The notes beneath the pieces are model-generated. The model made no database searches and was not told the origin of the DNA. It saw only the letters and a program-made list of their open reading frames with translations. A program made the translations under genes and the position numbers. From Minisyncoccota bacterium (GTDB taxonomy: Bacteria; Patescibacteriota; Minisyncoccia; Phycocordibacterales; JABAAK01), in assembly GCA_963668425.1 (NCBI GenBank), contig OY764332.1:105241-169240 (forward strand): 64,000 nucleotides of DNA. The letters run 5' to 3'. Positions 20,242 through 30,558 of the stretch are shown here, one piece after another. Each line of letters starts with the position of its first letter. Position 1 is the stretch's first letter.

Positions 20242-21149
20242 AACTAGTAATTATAGGTGGCGGTCCAGCAGGTACCGCAGCGGGAGTGTATGCAGCACGA
20301 AAACAACTGAAAACTATTTTAGTGACAGAGTCGTTTGGTGGTCAAAGCGTTGTTTCTGCTGATATTAAAAATTGGATTGGCACTCCTAGTATTAGTGGGA
20401 CTGATCTTGCCGACTCATTCAAGAGGCATTTGCAAGAATATGAGAGTGACTGGTTCTCTATTGTTGAGACAAAGGCAGTATCAGTAACAGAAGAAGATGG
20501 TGTGTTCATCGTGGAATTAGCAAATGGTAGCACACTCAAAACAAGTACTATTTTGTTGACAACCGGCTCAACCAGACGCAAGCTTGCCGTACCAGGTGCT
20601 GATACGTTTGAACATAAGGGGCTTACCTACTGTGCCTCTTGTGATGGTCCGCTTTTTGCAGATAAGGATGTTGCTGTCATTGGTGGTGGTAATGCTGGCT
20701 TTGAAACTGCCGCCCAATTGCTTGCATATGCGAAAAGTGTTACTCTCCTGCACCGTAGCCCAGCGTATGACAAGGCGGATGCGATTACGGTCAAAAAGGT
20801 TCTTTCCCATCCGAATATGACTGGCATTACCAATGCACAGACATCTTCTGTTTTTGGCGAAATGTTGGTACAGGGACTTTCCTATGAAAAAGATGGTGTA
20901 GAACACACCCTTGCTGTTGAGGGTATTTTTGTTGAAATTGGACTTATTCCTTCAACTTCTATTATTAAGGATCTAGTATCACTGGATTCGGTTGGCAGAA
21001 TACTGGTAGACCCAAAAACGCAACAGTCATCACACACCCGCATCTGGGCAGCAGGCGATTGTACTGACGGACTCTTTCACCAAAATAATATCGCTGCTGG
21101 TGATGCTGTTAAAGCCATTGAACACATATACCTCACCCTCCATACATAA
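20214..21149 (+). CDS. trxB: thioredoxin-disulfide reductase
   Basis: LVIIGGGPAGTAAGVYAAR (FAD site), CASCDG redox CxxC and GGGNAGFETAAQL (NADPH site). Confidence 0.85.
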   Translation: MEKTVEQALELVIIGGGPAGTAAGVYAARKQLKTILVTESFGGQSVVSADIKNWIGTPSISGTDLADSFKRHLQEYESDWFSIVETKAVSVTEEDGVFIVELANGSTLKTSTILLTTGSTRRKLAVPGADTFEHKGLTYCASCDGPLFADKDVAVIGGGNAGFETAAQLLAYAKSVTLLHRSPAYDKADAITVKKVLSHPNMTGITNAQTSSVFGEMLVQGLSYEKDGVEHTLAVEGIFVEIGLIPSTSIIKDLVSLDSVGRILVDPKTQQSSHTRIWAAGDCTDGLFHQNNIAAGDAVKAIEHIYLTLHT

Positions 21150-21174
21150 AGTGGGCTTAAAAAGCTGAATACCG

Positions 21175-22545
21175 TTAATAGCTCTCCAGTTTTTTAACCT
21201 CGGTGTGTGCTCGAAGTTTTTCAAGTGCTCGGGATTCAATTTGTCGTACCCGTTCACGAGTTACGCCGAGTGCCAACCCTATCTGCTCTAAGGTATGCTG
21301 TATGCCATCTTCTAGCCCATGTCGCATTTCTATTACCTGCCTCTCTCGTGGTGAAAGGTCTTTTAAGATGCCCTGCACTTGATCTTTCAGAATATCTTTT
21401 GAAACTATTTTCTCCTGTGTCTCCTGATCATGATCTTCAACTGTATCAGATATGCGTGTATTACCTTCTTCATCACCGCCCCCGCCTAGCGGTCGTTCTA
21501 GTTGCACAATATCTTGCGATATTCTTCGTATCATGTACACTTTTTCTGGATCAATACTAAGTTCGGTTGCTATTTCCTGCACTGTTGGCGCGCGCCCTAA
21601 ATCTTTTTCCATCTGCACCATAGCTTTTTGATATCGCTGTGTTGTTTCTGACATATGTACCGGTATGCGAATTGTTCTTGACTTGTCTGCCAAACCGCGA
21701 ACAATTGATTGTTTAATCCACCAGGTTGCATACGTTGAAAATTTAAAACCACGCTGTGGTTCAAATTTATCAACTGCTTTATACAATCCCTCTGAACCTT
21801 CCTGCACTAAGTCAAGCAAACTCAAATCACGGCTTCTGCCAGCATAGTTTTTTGCAATAGAAACCACTAGTCGTAAATTAGCGGTGGCTAATTTATTACG
21901 CGCTTCAAGCCCCTCATTCAAAATCTTATTTTTTTGTGCCGATGTCAATCGTTTCTTGTTTCTTTTTTCTAATACATCTCGTCGTGCCATTATTTTTTTG
22001 CCCAGTGTCTGCTCCTCTGCTGCACTGAGTAGTTGGTACTTTCCAATATCCCGCAGATACATTTGTATAGAGTCATATGAAGATGGATCAAACTCAGGAA
22101 ATCGCGGATCTGATTCCAAGCTGACCTCTTGGAGCAATCCTTCATTTTCTACCAGATCAACACAGCTTGTTTTTAATACACCTTCAATGCAATTCCATAC
22201 ATCGCCTGTGTTATCGCACTCTTCCATCCCGACGTACTCCAACACTTCCTCTGATGTTACATACCCCTTGCTTTTGCACTTGTTAACCATATCCTTGATT
22301 TTCTTTCTATACTTATTTGGAATCGATTCGTATAAGTTTTTCTCTTGTTGTGCAGTGTCGATTAAATCCTCAAGTACTTCTACTGGTTTGGTATGTTGCT
22401 TTTTTTTCTTTGCGACTGCCTTTTTTACAGTTTGCTTTTTTTTCTTTACTGCAGATTTCTTTTTAGCGTGCACAGAACTCTTCTTTTTCTTTTCTTTTTT
22501 TTTCGCTACATCCGATTTTCTTTTTTTACTCAATTTTTTTTTCAT
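21175..22545 (-). CDS. rpoD: RNA polymerase sigma factor RpoD
   Basis: Lysine-rich N-terminus. Region 2 [11 protein letters not shown]. Regions 3 and 4 with an HTH at the C-terminus. Confidence 0.9.
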   Translation of the reverse strand: MKKKLSKKRKSDVAKKKEKKKKSSVHAKKKSAVKKKKQTVKKAVAKKKKQHTKPVEVLEDLIDTAQQEKNLYESIPNKYRKKIKDMVNKCKSKGYVTSEEVLEYVGMEECDNTGDVWNCIEGVLKTSCVDLVENEGLLQEVSLESDPRFPEFDPSSYDSIQMYLRDIGKYQLLSAAEEQTLGKKIMARRDVLEKRNKKRLTSAQKNKILNEGLEARNKLATANLRLVVSIAKNYAGRSRDLSLLDLVQEGSEGLYKAVDKFEPQRGFKFSTYATWWIKQSIVRGLADKSRTIRIPVHMSETTQRYQKAMVQMEKDLGRAPTVQEIATELSIDPEKVYMIRRISQDIVQLERPLGGGGDEEGNTRISDTVEDHDQETQEKIVSKDILKDQVQGILKDLSPRERQVIEMRHGLEDGIQHTLEQIGLALGVTRERVRQIESRALEKLRAHTEVKKLESY

Positions 22546-22828
22546 ATTCCCTCTTAAAAATATCGCTGTTATAGATGTTTTTATTGTATCACGCCACCCT
22601 ATCCTTGCCCAATTTTGCGTTTGTGCTTTTTCTGGAAAACTTCTGGAAAACTTTTTTACTTACCCTCCCCCTACAAAAGAAAATCCCCCCGACTTGACCG
22701 AGGTTTTTTTATAAAAATAAACTCTCCTTGTCAAATCGAGGGGTTTTGAGAACACCCTCTTTATTTTTTTAGAATGAGAGAGTGTTGAAAGAAATTGATG
22801 TTGCCCCAGATTCATCAATTCTTTATAA

Positions 22829-22911
22829 TGGCTTTCGGCCACGGACAGCATAAGCTGTCTTTGTGTTGTGGCTTTCGGCCACGCCGTAATTCAAAAATAT
22901 ATTTTTGAATT
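22829..22911. promoter_or_regulatory. repeat/palindrome cluster in the rpoD-tRNA divergent intergenic region
   Basis: TGGCTTTCGGCCACG occurs at 22829-22844 and 22869-22884, each an internal TGGC/GCCA hairpin. GGACAGC-ataa-GCTGTC hairpin lies between them. A perfect 24-bp palindrome AATTCAAAAATATATTTTTGAATT is at 22888-22911. Confidence 0.5.
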
Positions 22912-23310
22912 ACCAGTAACAGTAGTGTGTTACACTTATATTTCTTAAGTGTTTGTATTGTGTTTTACATTGTACTTTTTTATCTTTACAATGTTAATTT
23001 TAAAGAACATTCTGTGAGAAAAGATTTTTCTCACAAAGGATCAATTCACGAGGTAAGCAAGTTCTACCATCCGGCGTTACACCGGAGTTATGGTAGATAC
23101 ATGCGCTTATTTTATTACCCTTTTTTTACAATAGTTGTTTTTCACAACTTTTTCACTGTAAATTTTTCTCCGGGTTATTTACATTCCCCGTCTACTATTT
23201 ATATTAAACCATATATGACATGCCTGACAATGCCGTGTGGATAACCAACAATGTCCCGGAGCTCTTGCTGTTTTTTTCTCTGTTTAGGAGTGTATTATAC
23301 TGAACATATT

Positions 23311-23383
23311 GCCATCTTAGCTCAGTCGGTAGAGCACTCCCATGGTAAGGGAGAGGTCGCCGGTTCAAATCCGGCAGATGGCT
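23311..23383 (+). tRNA. tRNA-Thr(GGU)
   Basis: Cloverleaf folded by hand: acceptor GCCATCT/AGATGGC, D-arm GCTC..GAGC, anticodon stem CTCCC/GGGAG with loop AUGGUAA giving anticodon GGU, T-arm GCCGG-TTCAAAT-CCGGC. CCA is not encoded. Confidence 0.9.
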
Positions 23384-23616
23384 CTTGGCTCGGATATCCG
23401 TTGCACATGCTCTGTTTTGAAGTATTGCATATCTTGCATTCCTCGTGCGGCTTAACCAACCTGCAAAGTACTGTCTCTTACGATCTTTCTAAAAGGCACT
23501 CGGAATGCAACTATGTAATGTTTTCATTTGTGTATGTTCACCGTGTACCTCTCGCCGGCGGATGAGGCGATAGTTATTTGTTATTGTGTTGAATGGAGTG
23601 ATCTTCGCGGATGCTG

Positions 23617-23672
23617 TGTTGTGTAGTATAAGTTGTGCAGTATAGGTTGTGCAGTATAAGTTGTGCAGTATA
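23617..23672 (+). repeat. four tandem copies of a 14-nt repeat (RGTTGTGCAGTATA) upstream of secG
   Basis: Direct reading gives tgttgtgtagtata / agttgtgcagtata / ggttgtgcagtata / agttgtgcagtata. Confidence 0.8.
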
Positions 23673-23739
23673 AAAATTTTTGTGTTGTGGGTATTACTTG
23701 TGTTTTGCGTTTATGCTATACTATTGGCATATAAGGATT

Positions 23740-23973
23740 ATGAGTATCTCATTTATCATACAAGCAGTTCAGGTTACCAGTGCAATACTCCTCATCATCG
23801 CTGTTCTTCTGCAGCACGGTGAAGCCAATGTTGGTAGTGCATTCGGTGGTGGTGATGTTTCTGAAACGGGTAACGCTAAGCGACGTGGATCAGAAAAAAT
23901 AGTATTCATGGCGACTTTTGTAATCGCAGCAATTTTTGTTGTTAGTATTGTTTTCCCATTCATCGCACCTTAG
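23740..23973 (+). CDS. secG: preprotein translocase subunit SecG
   Basis: 77 aa, two TM segments, LLQHGEANVGSAFGGG Gly-rich SecG motif. Start at the internal ATG of track ORF 23680. Confidence 0.75.
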   Translation: MSISFIIQAVQVTSAILLIIAVLLQHGEANVGSAFGGGDVSETGNAKRRGSEKIVFMATFVIAAIFVVSIVFPFIAP

Positions 23974-24084
23974 TCCAAGTGCTATCACAACTTCCATTTG
24001 CAATCGCGATATGCTGTAAAAGAATATGTGAAAAGAATATGTGCGTATTCGCTTTCTGCATATAATTAATAGTACAATTAATTA

Positions 24085-24141
24085 ATAGTACAATGAAATC
24101 ATTTATATCATTAACAGCACAATGAAATCATTTATATCATT
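24085..24141 (+). repeat. tandem duplication including the start codon region of the SBP gene
   Basis: ACAATGAAATCATTTATATCATT occurs twice, at about 24089-24111 and 24119-24141. AATTAATAGTACAAT and AAAAGAATATGTG duplications lie just upstream. Confidence 0.7.
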
Positions 24142-25873
24142 CCGCCCTCATCCGGGTATATACAAAAAATTACCTCTATCAGATGCCTGCGTCGTACTCT
24201 TTCTGATGAGCATTCTTTGCGTGCAACTTTTTTTTCTCCTTCTTGCCCTTAACAACACTTTTCTACATGAAACAATTGTTCGTCGCGGAGAAATTAACGA
24301 AGGTGTTATTGGTGTGCCGATATACAAAAATCCTCTGTATGCGGACAATGCCGCAGAGAAAGATGTCGTTGCACTCATGCATGCTGGCTTACTCAAATAT
24401 ACTATTGCCGGCGAGCTCATTCCACACCTCGCTAAAACATGGAGGCAAGATAGTCCAAACCGTTATACATTCACCCTCAGGAAAAATGCTTCTTTTCACG
24501 ACGGCTCTCTTATAACTACAGCAGATGTACTTTACACCATCGGAATGATCCAAGAGGAACAAAAATATAAAACGCATCTTCACGAAGCGTGGCGTGATGT
24601 TGTTGTAGAGGACGTAGATGACATGACTCTTGCATTCACTATCCCTGAAGGAAACCTTCACTTCCCTGAACAATTCACTATTCCTATTCTTCCGAAACAT
24701 GTTTGGAAAAAAATACCGACAGATAAGCAACGCAACTACAATGGTTCAGGTGTACACATTGGCGCAGGTCCGTACAAATATAATCAAGAAACTATAACCT
24801 TAGACGGACGCCCAACGAATATAACTCTTGAAGAATTTTCTGGCTATGTTCTTGGCAGGCCCTTCATTAAAAAAATTACTTTGCACTTTTTTGTGGATGT
24901 TATTGATCTCCTTCAGGCATATCAGACCGGCATTATAGACAGTGTCTATGGTATCGCCGGTGGTGAAGTGACGGCACTCCTCAAGCAAAGAAAGGAAGAG
25001 GGTGAGATTCATACCGCTTATACTAACCGCGTCTTTGGTGTATTCTTCAATGCTGAAGATGGTCGTATTCTTCAGGACTCCTTTCTTCGTAGCATTCTCT
25101 CTCAGTGGGTTAAGCGTGAATATATTATCAACCAAGTGTTCAGCACGCATGCCACTCCCATACAACACCCACTTCCGACCGATGTCAGCATAAAAGAACA
25201 AGACATAACACTCGCAGAGATCAAACAGACGTTAGAAGACATTAATTGGGACTTTGAATCTGCTACTGGGTATCGTGAACAAGATGGCGTCCCTCTTAAG
25301 ATTTCTTTTGTCATCCCTGATATTAAAGAAGCACAGCAGATAGCGGATATGCTTACGGAAGGATGGCGACGACTCGGCATTGCTGTAACAACAAAAACTG
25401 TTCCAGAAAAAGAGATTGTTACTACCATACAAGAAAAGGATTTTGATGCCATACTCTACGGCTATGAAGCAAATACTGTGAAAGATTTGGTCGCATTATG
25501 GAAATCTGGCAACCGTGAAAATCTCGCTTCAATCACTAGTTTTGGTAGCCCAACACTTAATAATCTTCTCACTGACTTGGAGCAATTCACTCCCCCACAA
25601 CGCCTTATTGAGCAGTTATCCCGAACCCCTGATGACAACTGGCGGAATATAGTGTATGATGCTGTTAAGGTAGAGATGACGAAAAATGTTCCGGCAATTT
25701 TTCTTTATTCGCCTCACTTTCTCTATATACTACCCAAGAATATCAAAAGGGTGGATCTACAAACAGGACAGCAACAGATCGGGAGGATAACAGATTCAAG
25801 CGATAGGTTTATCAATGTACATAAATGGTACACCCAACGGGAGAAGGTGTGGAAACCTTTTGTTGAGAATTAA
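24122..25873 (+). CDS. extracellular solute-binding protein, family 5 (OppA/DppA-like peptide-binding)
   Basis: 583 aa with N-terminal TM/signal. Size and blocks are typical of SBP_bac_5. Confidence 0.5.
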   Translation: MKSFISFRPHPGIYKKLPLSDACVVLFLMSILCVQLFFLLLALNNTFLHETIVRRGEINEGVIGVPIYKNPLYADNAAEKDVVALMHAGLLKYTIAGELIPHLAKTWRQDSPNRYTFTLRKNASFHDGSLITTADVLYTIGMIQEEQKYKTHLHEAWRDVVVEDVDDMTLAFTIPEGNLHFPEQFTIPILPKHVWKKIPTDKQRNYNGSGVHIGAGPYKYNQETITLDGRPTNITLEEFSGYVLGRPFIKKITLHFFVDVIDLLQAYQTGIIDSVYGIAGGEVTALLKQRKEEGEIHTAYTNRVFGVFFNAEDGRILQDSFLRSILSQWVKREYIINQVFSTHATPIQHPLPTDVSIKEQDITLAEIKQTLEDINWDFESATGYREQDGVPLKISFVIPDIKEAQQIADMLTEGWRRLGIAVTTKTVPEKEIVTTIQEKDFDAILYGYEANTVKDLVALWKSGNRENLASITSFGSPTLNNLLTDLEQFTPPQRLIEQLSRTPDDNWRNIVYDAVKVEMTKNVPAIFLYSPHFLYILPKNIKRVDLQTGQQQIGRITDSSDRFINVHKWYTQREKVWKPFVEN

Positions 25874-25882
25874 CCAACGACT

Positions 25883-27667
25883 ATGGCAACACCAAAAAGA
25901 AGTTACAAAAAACCACGTCCAACACGACAAAAAGGCAAAGCAGCCCCCATCAAAAAAGCAAAAAAAGTATTTATCCCGAAGCCAAATCGGGGTGAGATTC
26001 GTGCGCTTGTGTTCGGCGGTATATCAGAAATCGGCAAAAATATGTACGGTATTGAATACAACAATAACATTGTGCTATTGGAGTGCGGCACTATGTTTGG
26101 CGAGAGCAACACCCCTGGCGTGAATACCGTGATGCCGAATATTCAATATCTTAAAGATAGAAAACAAGATGTTAAAGCGCTCGTTGTAACGGACGCTTCA
26201 ATGAAGCATATCGGTGCTATTCCGCATGCTATTCGTGATATAGGAAGCCCGACAATATATGCCAGAAAACTTACCAAGGCAATTATAGAGAATCATCAAA
26301 GCACCCTTCGTAAAAAATCAACCCTAACATTTCACGAAGTAGAAAAAGCGGAGTCAGTTACTATTAACGACGATATTACTCTTCACTTTTTTGGTGTTAC
26401 CGACAACACACCGAGCACTCTTGGTGTGCTTGTAGAAACTTCTTCTGGCTGTGTTGCCTATACCGGCAACCTAAAGGTGAGTCACAACAAAGAGGTTATT
26501 CGTGCTGAAGAGGAAAAGGTATTTCAGGCAGCAAAGGAAAAGGAGGTTGTTCTTTCTCTCGCTGATTCAGTAGGATCAGAACGTCCTGGCTTTGCCATCA
26601 CCGATGATGAGATTGCTAAAGAAATTGATCAGATGATGCAAGAGGCACCGTATCGTGTGATGACACCTCTCTTCCCTTCTCAGATAAAAAGGAATGCAAT
26701 GATATTGGAAAAAGCTCTCCGAGCAGGTAAAAAAATCTATGTAGAAGGATCACTCCTGTTGGAAAATCTTCAAACTGCTTCTGACCTTGGTATAGCCCAG
26801 ATACCGAAAGAAGCCCTCATTCCTATACAAGAGATGAAAAAAGAAGAGGATGACTTGAAAAAAGTATTTATTGCTTTTACTGCCCAAGAGAATGAGATCT
26901 GTGAGGCATTAGAAAGCATTTCTCGAGAAAGTTATCGGCATACTTCTGTCATTACAAAAGATACTATTATATTTCCTTCACCAATGATCCCCACAAATGC
27001 ACAAGCGATTCAAAACCTTAAAGACCGCCTTTCCCGTCTTGGCGCAATAACCCGATCCTATGATACTAGCGATGTTAAAGGCAGTGGACATGCTAATAAG
27101 AGTGAGTTGCGTTGGATGCACCAACTCCTCAATGCGAAATTCTTTATCCCTCTGCAGGGTTACCACTATATGTTGAATGCACATACTCATATACTTCGCG
27201 AACTCGGTATGAGTCAGGATTCTTTTGTTATACCGGAAAATGGAACAATAGTAGATATTAGCCCAGATGGTCAGGTGATTAAAAAACAGAAACAACAAAT
27301 GGAAACTACTGCGGTATCCATTGACGGACATACTCTCGCTCCGATACAGGAAGTTGTGATACAAGACAGGAACACTCTTTCCCAAGAGGGTATATTTATT
27401 ATCATTGTTTTCATTGACCGCAAAACTTTTGAGGTTAAGAAATCTCCTGACATTATCTCTCGTGGCTTTATATACTTGCGAGAGTCGCAAGATCTCATTG
27501 CGCGTGTCCGGATTGTTATTAAAAAAGCTGCTGAAAAAGAAGCGGAAGAAGCCGGTCAAATAGAAATTGATAAAATGAAAAAAGTAATACAAAAAGAAGT
27601 CCAAACCTTTCTGGTGAACGAGACCAGCAAACGACCGATTATTGTTCCTGTTATATTCACTCAATAA
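25883..27667 (+). CDS. RNase J-like metallo-beta-lactamase/beta-CASP protein with degenerate motif II (likely non-catalytic paralog)
   Basis: Collinear with the downstream RNase J (GGISEIGKNMYGIEY, SGHANKSEL motif C). HxHxDH is replaced by VTDASMKHIG. Basic N-terminal tail. Confidence 0.8.
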   Translation: MATPKRSYKKPRPTRQKGKAAPIKKAKKVFIPKPNRGEIRALVFGGISEIGKNMYGIEYNNNIVLLECGTMFGESNTPGVNTVMPNIQYLKDRKQDVKALVVTDASMKHIGAIPHAIRDIGSPTIYARKLTKAIIENHQSTLRKKSTLTFHEVEKAESVTINDDITLHFFGVTDNTPSTLGVLVETSSGCVAYTGNLKVSHNKEVIRAEEEKVFQAAKEKEVVLSLADSVGSERPGFAITDDEIAKEIDQMMQEAPYRVMTPLFPSQIKRNAMILEKALRAGKKIYVEGSLLLENLQTASDLGIAQIPKEALIPIQEMKKEEDDLKKVFIAFTAQENEICEALESISRESYRHTSVITKDTIIFPSPMIPTNAQAIQNLKDRLSRLGAITRSYDTSDVKGSGHANKSELRWMHQLLNAKFFIPLQGYHYMLNAHTHILRELGMSQDSFVIPENGTIVDISPDGQVIKKQKQQMETTAVSIDGHTLAPIQEVVIQDRNTLSQEGIFIIIVFIDRKTFEVKKSPDIISRGFIYLRESQDLIARVRIVIKKAAEKEAEEAGQIEIDKMKKVIQKEVQTFLVNETSKRPIIVPVIFTQ

Positions 27668-27673
27668 GTACCA

Positions 27674-29614
27674 ATGCCTATGATAGAAAAAAAACAACGC
27701 ACAACTACTAAAAAAACAACTGATGACACCGCCAAGAGCGCAAGCATAAAGAGTAAAGATACACCCGCAAAGAAAAATGTGTCAAAAAAACAAGTTGCCA
27801 AACCAAACGACACGCAAAGGAAAAAAGTACCGTCTGGACTATACCAAAAACCTATTCGTCGCCAAGGTGGACTCATCGGCTCACGCGAGCTTACTACTGG
27901 GTTTGATGCAGAATCAACTCTTAACATCCCTCAGCAAGAGAAAGGCGGGATCCGTGTTCTCTTCTTTGGTGGTGTTGGAGAAATCGGCAAAAACATGTAT
28001 GGCATTGAGTATGAGGATGATATCATTCTTTTGGACTGTGGTATGAAGTTTGCCCAGAATGATACTCCTGGTATTGATTTTATTGTTCCTAATGTCCAGT
28101 ACCTTGAAGAGCGGAAAGAAAAGATACGAGGGCTTGTTATTTCTCACGCCCACCTTGATCACGTTGGTGGCATATCAGTTGTTATGAACAGAATCGGCAA
28201 TCCTCCGATATTCTCCCGCAAATTGAGTATTGAACTTATTAAAAATAGACAAAAGGAATTTGAGAACAAGGATGCGATTAAATATCATGAAGTGGAGAAA
28301 AGCACCGTACTTAAACTCGGTGAGAATATGACACTCACCTTCTTCTCAGTCACCCACACTATCCCTGATTCAATGGGGATAGTTGTAGACACTCCCATCG
28401 GCGCGATTGTATTTACCGGTGACCTCAAGCTCACTCATGAGGATGGCGTTGTTGGTCCTGACGAAGTTGCAGAATTTGCGGGAATCAAAAAGAAAAATGT
28501 CCTTCTCACCATGGCAGATTCAACTAATGCGGAACGGCCTGGTTTCTCCTTGCCTGAAAAACGTGTTGTGGAAACTATCGGCAAGATAATTAAGGAAACC
28601 AAAGGCAGAATTATTCTTTCTGCGTTCTCAACTCAAATAGAGCGCACTATTAGGGTTATTGAGCATGCTATTGATAGTGGCAGAAAAGTGATTGTACAGG
28701 GCAGATCAATGATCACTAACCTGACTATTGCATCGGAATTAGGTCTTCTCAAGATGCCTCTCAGCTCTATCATCCCCGCAGACAAAATGGGTGACTATCC
28801 GAAAGACAAGATACTTATACTCGCAACTGGCGCTCAAGGAGATAATTTCGCTGCGATGGATAGGATGTCCCGTGGCACCCATCGACATATTAAACTAGAC
28901 CCTAAAGATACTGTTGTCTTTTCTTCTTCAATTATTCCCGGCAATGAAGAGCCCGTGCAAAATCTTAAAGATCGTCTTTCCAAACTTGGTGTTGACCTTA
29001 TCACGTATCAAACAAGTGATGTCCATTCCAGTGGACATGCTAATCGGGATGAACTCAAATGGATACATGAAAATATCGGTGCAAAATTCTTTACTCCGAT
29101 TCATGGTTACCATTTCATGCTCTCCGCCCACGCTCAAATACTTCGCGATATTGGCATGCCTGAAGAAAATATCATCCTTCCTAATAATGGATGTATTGTT
29201 GACATCAGTCCAGATGGTAAAGCAATCACCATGCAGGATTACACCATGCCAACAGAAGTTATAGTTGTGGACGGTAATGCTGTCGGTACTGCACAAACAG
29301 TTGTTTTGAATGACAGGATTACTCTTAAAGAAGAAGGTATCTTTGTTGTCATTGTGCTCATCAACAAACGACTTAAGAAGGTCAAAAAATCTCCCGATAT
29401 TATCTCTCGTGGTTTTGTCTATCTTAAGGAATCTCAACAATTTATCAACCGATCTCGTATGGTAGCCCGTCGCTCTGTGGAACAAACCCTTCGGAAAGAC
29501 AGAATGATAAATCTTGACACTATCAAACGAAATCTTGTTCGTGAAACACAAAACTATCTCTATACTGAAACTAAAAAACGCCCCATCATTGTTCCCGTCA
29601 TCTTTATCTCTTAA
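27674..29614 (+). CDS. rnj: ribonuclease J
   Basis: ISHAHLDHVGG (motif II), TGDLKLTHEDG, SSGHANRDEL (beta-CASP motif C). Long basic N-terminal extension. Confidence 0.85.
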   Translation: MPMIEKKQRTTTKKTTDDTAKSASIKSKDTPAKKNVSKKQVAKPNDTQRKKVPSGLYQKPIRRQGGLIGSRELTTGFDAESTLNIPQQEKGGIRVLFFGGVGEIGKNMYGIEYEDDIILLDCGMKFAQNDTPGIDFIVPNVQYLEERKEKIRGLVISHAHLDHVGGISVVMNRIGNPPIFSRKLSIELIKNRQKEFENKDAIKYHEVEKSTVLKLGENMTLTFFSVTHTIPDSMGIVVDTPIGAIVFTGDLKLTHEDGVVGPDEVAEFAGIKKKNVLLTMADSTNAERPGFSLPEKRVVETIGKIIKETKGRIILSAFSTQIERTIRVIEHAIDSGRKVIVQGRSMITNLTIASELGLLKMPLSSIIPADKMGDYPKDKILILATGAQGDNFAAMDRMSRGTHRHIKLDPKDTVVFSSSIIPGNEEPVQNLKDRLSKLGVDLITYQTSDVHSSGHANRDELKWIHENIGAKFFTPIHGYHFMLSAHAQILRDIGMPEENIILPNNGCIVDISPDGKAITMQDYTMPTEVIVVDGNAVGTAQTVVLNDRITLKEEGIFVVIVLINKRLKKVKKSPDIISRGFVYLKESQQFINRSRMVARRSVEQTLRKDRMINLDTIKRNLVRETQNYLYTETKKRPIIVPVIFIS

Positions 29615-29706
29615 ATGCACCCCCCCTATTGCTCACTGCACCACAACACTGAACAACTGAAAGCAATGTCTGGTGTCAATCGCTCTATCAGTTTGCACCA
29701 CTAGGG

Positions 29707-30543
29707 TTAGGAACATCCGTTTTGTGCGTCTGTCGCCTTTGTGCTTATCAAACCTGTTTTATATACATCAATACTCCGTGTAGCAGTGATGCCGGTTGTG
29801 GCAACAAAAGCAATACGAACCCCCTCATACGTGTCTGAAATTCTCTTTGTTGCGCCGTTCGGCTCAATGGCACTGTAGGTGTATGTTGTCCCGACAACTG
29901 GCATTACATTCACATATACCTCTCGGGTCGGCTGTTCAATTGAAAAATGGATATCAAAATTATTTCGTGCTGTTTTTGTCGCGTCATACCCACTTACGAA
30001 TGGATTGGGAGAGCTACAAAGCATAGAATCGGAAGCGCAGCTCTGGTCGCTGTTCAGCACCAACTGCTTTCGGGTATATCGTGGAGCGGCGTCAGCGTCT
30101 ATAAAGCATACGTCAACAAAATATTGTTCGGCTGTCTCCAATGAAACGGTCGATGATCCTGGCACCTCTCCATCCCGTGCAGTCGCGAAATTAGACCCTT
30201 CAGCAAAACCGGCAAACGGTCCGGCTGCCCTTTCAAGACGAAAATCCTTTAGGATTCCGTCCCGCACCTTTATACGCACCACCTGAAACCCCTGTGTCGG
30301 CAGCACTGTGTTTTGCGAGAACGTTTCTGCGGAGCCGGAACGCTCTTGCGCAAACCGAATATATTCTCCTAACTCATCAACTCGTATCCGTAGCAGTGAA
30401 TGGCTTGTAAATGATGCGTAGTTAACAAACACCACCCCCACAATAATCCCCATGATGGCAATGGAAACTAATACTTCAATCAGTGTAAACCCCCCATCAT
30501 CACCCCCACGCAAAGAAAAAAAACGCACAGCGGACATATGCAA
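29707..30543 (-). CDS. type IV pilin-like protein (minor pilin/pseudopilin-like)
   Basis: Prepilin N-terminus GFTLIEVLVSIAIMGIIVGV after a short leader. Large variable C-domain. Confidence 0.75.
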   Translation of the reverse strand: MHMSAVRFFSLRGGDDGGFTLIEVLVSIAIMGIIVGVVFVNYASFTSHSLLRIRVDELGEYIRFAQERSGSAETFSQNTVLPTQGFQVVRIKVRDGILKDFRLERAAGPFAGFAEGSNFATARDGEVPGSSTVSLETAEQYFVDVCFIDADAAPRYTRKQLVLNSDQSCASDSMLCSSPNPFVSGYDATKTARNNFDIHFSIEQPTREVYVNVMPVVGTTYTYSAIEPNGATKRISDTYEGVRIAFVATTGITATRSIDVYKTGLISTKATDAQNGCS

Positions 30544-30558
30544 GTAGTATACCTTGAC

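Noticed and set aside
22927-23244. 105-aa ORF in the rpoD-tRNA intergenic region
   Set aside because: Very AT-rich and aromatic-rich, with no start context. Likely spurious, though a small-protein gene cannot be excluded.
23251-23565. Plus-strand 104-aa ORF
   Set aside because: It contains the tRNA-Thr gene at 23311-23383. The translation is an artefact.
23617-23672. Possible CRISPR array
   Set aside because: The repeats are contiguous 14-nt units without spacers. No cas genes are present in the window.
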